A stretch of DNA of 24,466 nt, taken from an uncultured Pseudomonadota bacterium. GTDB taxonomy: Bacteria > Oederibacteriota > Muellerivitia > Muellerivitales > Muellerivitaceae. The stretch's first letter is position 1, and each line of letters begins with the position of its first letter. The stretch spans positions 1 through 24,466 of the forward strand of contig CAWJKT010000022.1 in assembly GCA_963843375.1 (NCBI GenBank), written 5' to 3'. The position numbers and the translations under genes are program-made. Of this stretch, positions 16,935-24,466 are shown one piece after another. Below the pieces are notes generated by a model that worked only from the letters and a program-made list of their open reading frames with translations, ran no database searches and was not told the DNA's origin.

Positions 16935-18200
16935 TTAGGTAGCTTTCCTCAATGGATTTTGAAGTGATCCAAGTTGAATCACTTCGGGCCAAATCCGGGT
17001 AACGGCCAGGACAACCAAAACACTTCCTAAACCTCCCAAAATCACCGAAGGAACCAGGCCTATGAGCGCCGCCGCCGCCCCGGATTCAAAACCTCCCAGT
17101 TCGTTGGAGGAATGAATGAAAATATAGCTAACCGCGTTTACTCTTCCGCGCATGGAATCAGGCGTCAATACTTGAACTAGGGTTCCCCTGACGATCACGC
17201 TGATCAGGTCTAATGCTCCCGTTATCAGCATCATCAGGAAGGAGAGCCAAAAGAGGTGGGATAACCCAAAAACAACAGTTGCCATTCCGAAACCCGCAAC
17301 CGCCCAGAGCAGGGCACGGCCGGCCTTTTGCATGGGTGGAAGATGGGTGATAAAAATGGTTACGAGAAATGCCCCGAGGGACGGGGCGGATTGAAGCCAA
17401 CCCAAGCCCACGGGTCCGCAATGCAACACATCGTCAGCAAAAGCGGGCAACATAGCCACCGCCCCCCCTAAAAGAACGGCGAATAGATCCATGGTGATTG
17501 TTGCAAGAATTAACTTATTTTGGCGGACGAACCGCAAGCCCGTCAAAAGGGATCCCAGGGTAACAGGTTCGCGTTTGAAATTTAAGGGGGCCTGTCGGAT
17601 GGCTAATACATTCGCGAAAAAGATTAATTCTAAAATCACATCCAAACCACAAACCCTTGAATAACCGATGGCGGCATAAAGCATTCCGCCAAGGGCGGGT
17701 CCAGCGACCGAAGCGATTTGGAAAATACTACTGTTCCATGTAATAGCATTGGTGAAGTCCTTTTTCGGCACCAATTGCGGTAAAAGCGATTGGCGCGCCG
17801 GGTCGCAAAAGGCCCTATTGAGGCCCGTGAGAAACAGGAACCCGTACATTATCAAGAGGGGGGAGGAACTTAGGGGGGCCAGGGCCAGACCGGCTGCGCA
17901 AAGGGCGTATAACAAATTGCAGGTAAGAACAATGTATTTGCGGTTGAATCGGTCGGCTATGCCGCCGCCTGGCAGCATGAAAAAGAAAATCGGCAGCCAA
18001 ATGAAAAGACCCACTAAACCCAAGGCTAAAAAGGAGTGGGTTTGATGATAAATTTTATAACCCACTGCAAGCCGCAGCATTTGCTGACCAATGACGGAGA
18101 GGAAGTTACCCAGGGTATAATAACGATAATTTGAGTATCGGAATGCGGCGTAAGGATCATGGGATTTATTGAATGTTTTGGTTGGGCATTGGAACGGCAT
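16935..18200 (-). CDS. MFS transporter (EntS/DHA3-like exporter)
   Basis: About 12 hydrophobic segments, motif A GGIADRFNRK, DLFAVLLGGAVAMLP, TPDSMRGRV, SSNELGGFESG. Confidence 0.95.
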   Translation of the reverse strand: MPFQCPTKTFNKSHDPYAAFRYSNYRYYTLGNFLSVIGQQMLRLAVGYKIYHQTHSFLALGLVGLFIWLPIFFFMLPGGGIADRFNRKYIVLTCNLLYALCAAGLALAPLSSSPLLIMYGFLFLTGLNRAFCDPARQSLLPQLVPKKDFTNAITWNSSIFQIASVAGPALGGMLYAAIGYSRVCGLDVILELIFFANVLAIRQAPLNFKREPVTLGSLLTGLRFVRQNKLILATITMDLFAVLLGGAVAMLPAFADDVLHCGPVGLGWLQSAPSLGAFLVTIFITHLPPMQKAGRALLWAVAGFGMATVVFGLSHLFWLSFLMMLITGALDLISVIVRGTLVQVLTPDSMRGRVNAVSYIFIHSSNELGGFESGAAAALIGLVPSVILGGLGSVLVVLAVTRIWPEVIQLGSLQNPLRKAT

Positions 18201-18284
18201 TGTATCGGCTCAAGATCTAAATAAAAAGTGGGGAAAGAGGCCGAGGATTAAAATACAAAGAAATTTAAGTGAGTAAATAAAGCA

Positions 18285-19100
18285 ATGCCTTTCGTCCAAA
18301 CCGATCGTGGAAAATTCTTTTACCTGGAATACCGTTCCTCGGGACCGGTCATTTACCTGCTCCATGGTTTAACCGCCAAAGCGCAGGATTGGGGAAGTAT
18401 TCCGGATATGCTGGCGAAGACCGGGTTTCATGTATTCGTCTTCGATATGCGGGGGCATGGGCAAAGCGACAAACCGGAAGAAGGATATGGCCCTGAGGAT
18501 CATGCGGCGGACATGGAGGCCTGGGCTGCGGCATTGGGCCACACAAAAATTCAAGTGGTGGGCCATTCCACGGGGGGACGAAACGCCATGGTTTTTTCCG
18601 CCTTTTTTCCGGAAAGGGCTCAGACCCTGACGATCGTGGACCAAACCTTAACCGCGGACCTGGAGAGTTGGAAAAAATATCTCACTCGCTACACCGAATA
18701 TCCCACCCCCTTCGCCGATGAACGGACTTTGGATAAGTTCCTGAAAAAGAAGTTTTCAGGAGACGAAAGACATATCGTTTATTACAAAGGCCAATTCTGG
18801 AAAAGAGACAGCGGGGAATGGGACTGGAATTTTTCCCCCGCGGCGGCTTGGAAAACCCAAAAGTTGGGGAGGGAAAAAGAGACCTACGATTGGCTGGGCA
18901 AGATTAAGTGCCCCATTCTTTTTATTAAAGGCGGAGATAGCAATTATGTTTCGCCCCAGGAAGCGGAGAAAATAAAGGGGTTGATTCTCCCGGGGCAGTT
19001 TGTAGTGGTGGAAAAGGCCGAGCACGCCGTTTTTCGTGACAATTCAGAAGGATTTTTAAGGTCTTATTCCCTTTTTGAAGAGTGTTCCCACCTAACCTAA
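18285..19100 (+). CDS. Cytoplasmic alpha/beta hydrolase (esterase-like)
   Basis: LLHGL, DMRGHGQSD, GHSTGG, AEHAV; the last ~14 codons may be affected by an indel. Confidence 0.92.
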   Translation: MPFVQTDRGKFFYLEYRSSGPVIYLLHGLTAKAQDWGSIPDMLAKTGFHVFVFDMRGHGQSDKPEEGYGPEDHAADMEAWAAALGHTKIQVVGHSTGGRNAMVFSAFFPERAQTLTIVDQTLTADLESWKKYLTRYTEYPTPFADERTLDKFLKKKFSGDERHIVYYKGQFWKRDSGEWDWNFSPAAAWKTQKLGREKETYDWLGKIKCPILFIKGGDSNYVSPQEAEKIKGLILPGQFVVVEKAEHAVFRDNSEGFLRSYSLFEECSHLT

Positions 19101-19128
19101 TTTAACCTTCCGACACTCTAGAAATCCT

Positions 19129-19156
19129 TTGATTTGGCGGTTTTTTTGGGTATACT
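19129..19156 (+). promoter_or_regulatory. Candidate sigma70 promoter of typA
   Basis: TTGATT-N16-TATACT followed by a GC-rich discriminator (CTCGCCTCCC). Confidence 0.55.
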
Positions 19157-19167
19157 CTCGCCTCCCT

Positions 19168-19205
19168 GAAGCCGGTTGGCTTATGCCCGCCGGCTTCTTA
19201 TTTTT
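19168..19205 (+). terminator. Terminator-like hairpin immediately upstream of the typA RBS
   Basis: GAAGCCGG...CCGGCTTC stem with inner GGC-TTAT-GCC, followed by TTATTTTT. Confidence 0.55.
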
Positions 19206-19219
19206 AGACTGAGGTTGAA

Positions 19220-21088
19220 ATGACGCTTCGAAAAGATTTACGCAATATCGCCATTATTGCCCACGTTGACCATGGCAAAACCACCCTAGTGGATGCCTTG
19301 TTCAGACAATCGGGGGTGTTCCGCGCAAATGAACACATGGAAGAGCGGGTTATGGATTCCAATGACCTGGAAAAAGAACGCGGCATCACCATTTTCTCCA
19401 AAAACGCCTCGGTTATTTGGAATGGAGCACGCATCAACATCGTCGACACTCCCGGCCACGCGGACTTTGGCGGGGAAGTGGAGCGCATTCTATCCATGGT
19501 GGACGGTGTTCTCCTATTAGTGGATGCGGCGGAGGGGCCCTTGCCCCAGACCAAATTCGTCCTTCGCAAAAGCTTAGAACAAAATCTGGACGCCATTGTG
19601 GTCATCAACAAGATCGACCGGAAGGACGCCCGGCCCCACGAAGTGGTGGATGCGGTCCTAGACCTTTTTATCGCCTTAGGAGCTAATGAACATCAGATCG
19701 GTTATCCCGTGGTTTACGCTATCGCGAGGGAAGGGAAAGCCACCCTGGATTTGGAAAAGCCCGGCACCGACTTGACACCCCTTTTTGAAACGATCGTGAA
19801 GCACTTTAAACCCGTTGAAGTTGACATGGAATCGCCGTTCCAAATGCTGGTCACGACCACTTCCTATAATGAGTACCTCGGCCGTATGGCCGTTGGGCGC
19901 GTCAAGAGGGGCAAGATTAAGCTGAACGATCCCATTACCCTCATCAAGCTGGATGGTCGCAAAGTCAATAGCAATGCCACCAAGCTTTTTACCTACAACG
20001 GCATCAAGCAGGTGGAGTGCCCGGAAGCTATGGCGGGGGATATCATTCTTCTGGCCGGGTTGGAAGACGTTCAAATCGGGGAAACCGTGGCTTCTGTTGC
20101 CCCCGAAGCCCTGCCATCCATCGCCATCGACGAACCCACCATGTCCATGGTTTTCTCCGTGAACAACAGCCCCTTCGCCGGAAAGGAAGGGAAATTCGTG
20201 ACCTCTCGGCATTTGCGGGATCGCTTATATAAAGAAGCAGAGGCAAATCCGACCTTGAAAATCAGCGATACCGAAAGTCCCGATGCTTATAAGGTGGCTG
20301 GCCGCGGTGAATTGCACTTGGGGATCTTGATCGAGACCATGCGGCGTGAGGGATTCGAGTTTCAGGTATCCCGCCCTCAAGTTATTTTCAAAATGGTGGA
20401 TGGAAAATTGCAAGAGCCCTACGAGAACCTCATCGTCGACGTTCCTAATAATTGCGTGGGTATTGCCATGGAAAAATTAGGAGCCCGCAAGGGCGAAATG
20501 AAAAACATGACTCCGCTTTCGGAAGTGACCACCCGCATCGAGTTTTTGATTCCCTCCCGTTGCCTGCTGGGTTTTCGCACCGAGTTTATGACCGACACCA
20601 AAGGTGAAGGCGTCCTTCACCATGTTTTCGCGGGCTATGGTGAGTTTAAGGGTGATATCGGCGGAAGGAGCCGGGGCGTGCTGGTGGCTTTTGAGGCCGG
20701 CGTTACCGCGGCTTACGGAATGTTCCAATTGGCCGACCGGGGCAAGTTTTTTATCAATCCCCGCATGGAAGTTTATGAGGGAATGATCGTTGGGGAACAC
20801 ACTCGTGAAAACGATATCGCGGTCAATCCCTGCAAGACTAAACACTTGAGCAATATGAGGAGTAAGGCTTCCGACGAGGCATTGACGATGGAACCGCCGA
20901 CTATTTTTTCCCTGGAGCAATGTTTGGAATACATCCAGGACGATGAATTGCTTGAAGTCACCCCACAGAACCTTCGCATGCGCAAAAAGATTTTAAACAA
21001 TGAACAGCGCATGAAATCCGAAAAACAGACGGCTAAAAGTTCGGCGAAACAAATTCTTGAACAAATGGCCCAAAACCCTAGGGCTTAA
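19220..21088 (+). CDS. typA: Translational GTPase TypA/BipA
   Basis: RNIAIIAHVDHGKTTLVD, EKERGITI, DTPGHADFGGEVER, NKID, GRGELHL, DDELLEVTP; GAGGT RBS. Confidence 0.99.
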   Translation: MTLRKDLRNIAIIAHVDHGKTTLVDALFRQSGVFRANEHMEERVMDSNDLEKERGITIFSKNASVIWNGARINIVDTPGHADFGGEVERILSMVDGVLLLVDAAEGPLPQTKFVLRKSLEQNLDAIVVINKIDRKDARPHEVVDAVLDLFIALGANEHQIGYPVVYAIAREGKATLDLEKPGTDLTPLFETIVKHFKPVEVDMESPFQMLVTTTSYNEYLGRMAVGRVKRGKIKLNDPITLIKLDGRKVNSNATKLFTYNGIKQVECPEAMAGDIILLAGLEDVQIGETVASVAPEALPSIAIDEPTMSMVFSVNNSPFAGKEGKFVTSRHLRDRLYKEAEANPTLKISDTESPDAYKVAGRGELHLGILIETMRREGFEFQVSRPQVIFKMVDGKLQEPYENLIVDVPNNCVGIAMEKLGARKGEMKNMTPLSEVTTRIEFLIPSRCLLGFRTEFMTDTKGEGVLHHVFAGYGEFKGDIGGRSRGVLVAFEAGVTAAYGMFQLADRGKFFINPRMEVYEGMIVGEHTRENDIAVNPCKTKHLSNMRSKASDEALTMEPPTIFSLEQCLEYIQDDELLEVTPQNLRMRKKILNNEQRMKSEKQTAKSSAKQILEQMAQNPRA

Positions 21089-21191
21089 ATTGGTTTAGGA
21101 AGCATTTTCAATATTTCCCCTTGTTTCAATTTTTCGCTTCTGAGAGAAATAATATCCCTGATTCCTTTTTTTCCTCGCGGGGAGGTTTAAA

Positions 21192-22162
21192 TTGAAAAGA
21201 GGATTTGCGGTATTTACCTTACCGATCCTATTCCTTTTCCAAGTCATGCCTTTATTGGGAGCGAATTATTCGGTTCGTTCAATAAATCTCACCCTGCATG
21301 ATGCCGCCCGCAATCGGGATGTGCCACTGAAAATCTATTATCCGCAGACCACCGGGCCGAACCGGTTTCCAATCCTCATTTTTTCCCACGGCGCGGGCGG
21401 TTCCAAGGATGGCTATGCCTATTTGAGCCGCTATTGGGCCGCTAACGGTTATGTGGTTTTAAATCCCACCCACTTGGGAAGTGATAAATCCCTTTTGAAA
21501 CCAGGACGTCCTTTTTACAACCTGCGGGCGATGCGCCAGATGGTCAATGTTAAGGCTAATCTGGTAAACCGGCCAAAGGACATCACCTTTCTTTTGGATT
21601 CCTTGCCCCAATTGGAAGATAGGGTGCCCGCATTGAAGGGGCGCATGGATCCCACCCGGGTTGGAATGGGCGGCCACTCCTTTGGCGCTTATACCTGCAT
21701 GGCGGTTGCGGGGGCAAAGTTTACTCTTCTTCCGATGAGCCTCTTGGGTTTGAGGATACGAGGGTGGAGGCTTTTTTGGCTTTGTCGCCCCAGGGTCCCG
21801 GTGGTTGGGCCTTTCGGGATGATTCTTGGGAAATGGTTCATAGACCCATCTTCATGATGACCGGAACGAGAGATAAGGGGTTGGAAAACGGGGAACCCTA
21901 TCAATGGCGTCTTAAAGCTTTTGAGCACCTAAGACCCGGACATAAATATTTAGCCATCATCCAAGGGGCCAACCACATGGATTTCTCCGATACCCAGTTT
22001 AGCGGCAAGATACGTGATCCGCGAGTTCATGAATGGATTAAACGAGCCTCCTTGCAATTTTGGAACGCCTATGTTCAGAGAGATCGCGGACAAGAGCAAA
22101 CATTAAAACAAGGTGGTTTTTTGAAGGTGCCGGGTGTTCAGGTGGAAACCAGGTCTAAATAA
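21192..22162 (+). CDS. Secreted alpha/beta hydrolase (PAF-acetylhydrolase/chlorophyllase-like); one-base frameshift at ~21717-21745
   Basis: ORF 21192..21857 has the signal peptide, FSHGAGGS, NRPKDITFLLD and GHSFG; ORF 21764..22162 supplies D.RVEAFLALSP, TGTRD and ANHMDF (Asp and His of the triad). Joined length 971 nt is one base short of a multiple of 3. Confidence 0.88.
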
Positions 22163-22213
22163 GAAAAGGCTTTGGTTGTTTCTTTCCTATTTACATCTAT
22201 ATAAAATAAGTCC

Positions 22214-22708
22214 ATGTCATTGCGTGCTTTAATCATTACCATCAATTTTATCGCCCTTGTGGCGATTCAGCCCTTGGACTGTTTGGCTCAATTGTCCATT
22301 CCGGATGATAGCTCCAACACCTCAAATCAGACCGACCTTACCAGTGGTTTTTCAAAACCCTTTGAATACGAGCGCCAGGCTTACGGATATGACCCTGACG
22401 GGATTGAATATAAAGAAAACCAACCGGAGGATTTCCAGATAATTTTTATTACCTCGCTTCCTTTTACGGCTTTGGCCAGTTTTGGGCTTACCGGTTTGGT
22501 TTCCTTGGCGGCGCAAGGCCAATTCGGAGTCGGAGGAAATTATTTCATTCCTTTTGTGGTTGCGGCTGGATTAGGATCCACCACCATCGCTTGCGTCTCG
22601 GTTTTAACGAATAAATACCCCCCTCCATCCTCGTCCACTTATGTCGAAAACCTTTCCATTCCTCAGCCCCTGGCATTTAAAATTCCCCTCCTAACGATGA
22701 AGTTTTAG
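22214..22708 (+). CDS. Hypothetical exported/membrane protein
   Basis: Signal-like N-terminus and two further hydrophobic segments (FQIIFITSLPFTALASFGLTGLV; FIPFVVAAGLGSTTIACVSVL). Confidence 0.7.
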   Translation: MSLRALIITINFIALVAIQPLDCLAQLSIPDDSSNTSNQTDLTSGFSKPFEYERQAYGYDPDGIEYKENQPEDFQIIFITSLPFTALASFGLTGLVSLAAQGQFGVGGNYFIPFVVAAGLGSTTIACVSVLTNKYPPPSSSTYVENLSIPQPLAFKIPLLTMKF

Positions 22709-22810
22709 ACTTCTTTAACGGAAGAATTTTGTTGGGGGTTCAATCAAAGTGGTTAAAATAAAGGTCGTTTTAAAAGGACTTATATTTTCGGTCAAAGAGC
22801 ATTCGGCATG

Positions 22811-23619
22811 ATGAAACGATTTTTGGGTTCATCCTTTTTTCGATGACAATAGGCATTGTTTCGGCCCAAGATATGCCCCCCCTTCCTCCCTTGGACCAAA
22901 GTCAGGCGGGGAACTCAAATGCCACTACAACGAATCCCGCGCCTTCCGCAAATCAACCAGTTTCTTCCACGGCGGGTCCAGCCCTGCCTCCGCTTTCGGG
23001 TGACCAAGCTAGCCCGCCCGTCGCTGCCCGCAAACGTCATCTGCAAGCTCGAGTGTTACTCCAGTCACTTCTTCGGAACCAGTGGCAACTCCAGTTGCCG
23101 AAGCCTCCGATACGAAAAAATCAAAAAAACACGCTCATCAGCGCAAGCCCTGGCAGGTTTCAAAATACAGGCCTAATGTTATTTTCGGTGGCTGGGTGAC
23201 GGCCAAAGGTGGAAACGAATCTTCCCGAATAGCTTGGACTTACCAGGAAATACTGAATGCCCTTCTTTTCAAAAAATACAAATTGATTAGTCCCCTGGAC
23301 AAGAAACAAGAAGAAGGCAGTTATGATGGACAGGAGGGACGGCAGTGGCGCCAATTCAACTTTAACGTTCCCAAGTCTAAATTGATCGTACAGGTTTATA
23401 TCCGCCAATCCGGTAAAAAGGTTTGGCTAAGGGTGGGGCCGGGTGAGGCCGTTCCACCTGCCGAATCTCACTTGACACAAGCTCAAAAAATCCGAAGCGC
23501 TCGATTTAGCGGCCCTTCATCTTATTAAGAGGAAGTTTGGGCGTCGTTTAACCCCGAATCGTACTGTCTCCAGTTGGGAAGCGCCTTACCGATATTCCCA
23601 GGAAACAGCGGATGAATAA
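22811..23619 (+). CDS. Secreted hypothetical protein with Pro/Ser/Thr-rich linker, reconstructed across three single-base frameshifts
   Basis: Adding a base at ~22826 gives signal MKRFLGFILFSMTIGIVSA-QD; adding one at ~23028 joins PPVAA to PQTSSASSSVTPVTSSEPVATP; removing one at ~23495 extends to ALDLAALHLIKRKFGRRLTPNRTVSSWEAPYRYSQETADE*. Confidence 0.65.
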
Positions 23620-23634
23620 GGCTTAAAGACCATA

Positions 23635-23775
23635 ATGTTGAAGCATGGCATTTCTTATGTCTTTTTTGGGATTGGCTTTTTGGCCACCGTGTTTGTAGTG
23701 TGGAGAACATATTATTTGATTTGGCGGATGAACAAAGGAAAGAGAAGAGGAAAATTTAAAGCCTCATTCCCGTGA
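23635..23775 (+). CDS. Candidate 46-aa single-TM small protein, below the ORF-track cutoff
   Basis: MLKHGISYVFFGIGFLATVFVVWRTYYLIWRMNKGKRRGKFKASFP*; hydrophobic helix plus basic tail fills the gap between two genes; no strong RBS seen. Confidence 0.45.
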   Translation: MLKHGISYVFFGIGFLATVFVVWRTYYLIWRMNKGKRRGKFKASFP

Positions 23776-23859
23776 TTGAAACAGAGAAGTGAAGAAAATC
23801 AATCCTAGCCAAATTAATAAAATCATTTATAAAATGTAACGACTGGGGAGGAAACAATC

Positions 23860-24335
23860 ATGGCAACCCGCAAAGAAGCGCCGCTGACCGATTTTTTAAA
23901 AGAAGTAACTTATGGACAGGGCGTGCAGGACAAAATATTAAGCCAGATTTTCAAACTGGGAAAAGTCCAAAATTTCAAAGCCGGACAAGGTCATCATCGA
24001 AGAGGGTCAGGCGGGCGGAAACCTCCACATTATTATTAATGGAAGAGCGGAAGTTTCAAAATCCGGCAAAGAACTGGGAGAAAAAAAGTATTTGGCCGAT
24101 TTGAGCCGCGGCTCCATTTTTGGGGAAATGAGCGTTTTTGATGATGCCCCCTATTCCGCCACGGTCAAGGCCGCGGGAAGATTGTTCGATTCATGTGATC
24201 AAGGGGGATGATTTTAAAAAATTTCTCAAAAAAAACCCCGAGGTGGCTTATGAGGTTTTTTGCACTTTGATCAGTCTTATTTCCAGTCGTCTTCGCCGCA
24301 CAAATCTGGCTTTCTCGCTTTTAGAATTCAACTAG
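23860..24335 (+). CDS. Stand-alone cyclic-nucleotide-binding domain protein (~157 aa); two single-base frameshifts (~23989, ~24176)
   Basis: GGAGG RBS; reconstructed FKAGQVIIEEGQAGGNLHIIINGRAEV...LSRGSIFGEMSVFDDAPYSATVKAAEDC...LKKNPEVAY...SRLRRTN; no HTH follows. Confidence 0.85.
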
Positions 24336-24466
24336 GTTGTTCCCGAAGCGATAAGCTGGAAAAAATGTCTTCCCTTTTTATGACAAGCTTACCTTACCGG
24401 TTCGGTTTTAATTCTCTTCATCCTTTATTCTCCTCTGACACGATAGGTAAAATATTCCTTGGAATC

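Noticed and set aside
21717..21760. Programmed ribosomal frameshift in the secreted hydrolase
   Set aside because: No canonical slippery heptamer or stimulatory structure seen; one of many similar indels.
24336..24466. Partial gene at the right edge
   Set aside because: Short open frames exist on both strands, but none is long enough or recognisable.

Overview
Bacterial chromosomal segment, gene-dense, with no rRNA, tRNA, CRISPR array or transposase recognised. Housekeeping genes (rpe, rlmN, hisG, typA, a TIGR01777 epimerase-like gene, an MFS transporter) are mixed with many secreted or envelope proteins: the 5' end of a GH30 glycoside hydrolase, a six-bladed NHL propeller, a DUF3857/transglutaminase-like lipoprotein, a kinase-less PASTA protein, a Spy/CpxP chaperone and several alpha/beta hydrolases. 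The most interesting accessory part is about 2.8-7.2 kb: a CADD/heme-oxygenase-like diiron oxidase facing a ferritin-like diiron protein, followed by a secreted duplicated alpha+beta barrel protein, a secreted hydrolase and a nitrobindin-like heme barrel. The intergenic region at 750-960 holds an 85-nt near-perfect hairpin, a second inverted repeat and a LacI-like palindrome. At least nine single-base frameshifts, mostly at short homopolymers, split otherwise intact genes and most likely reflect long-read consensus errors; I reconstructed those genes by hand. All family calls come from motif recognition, not database searches.
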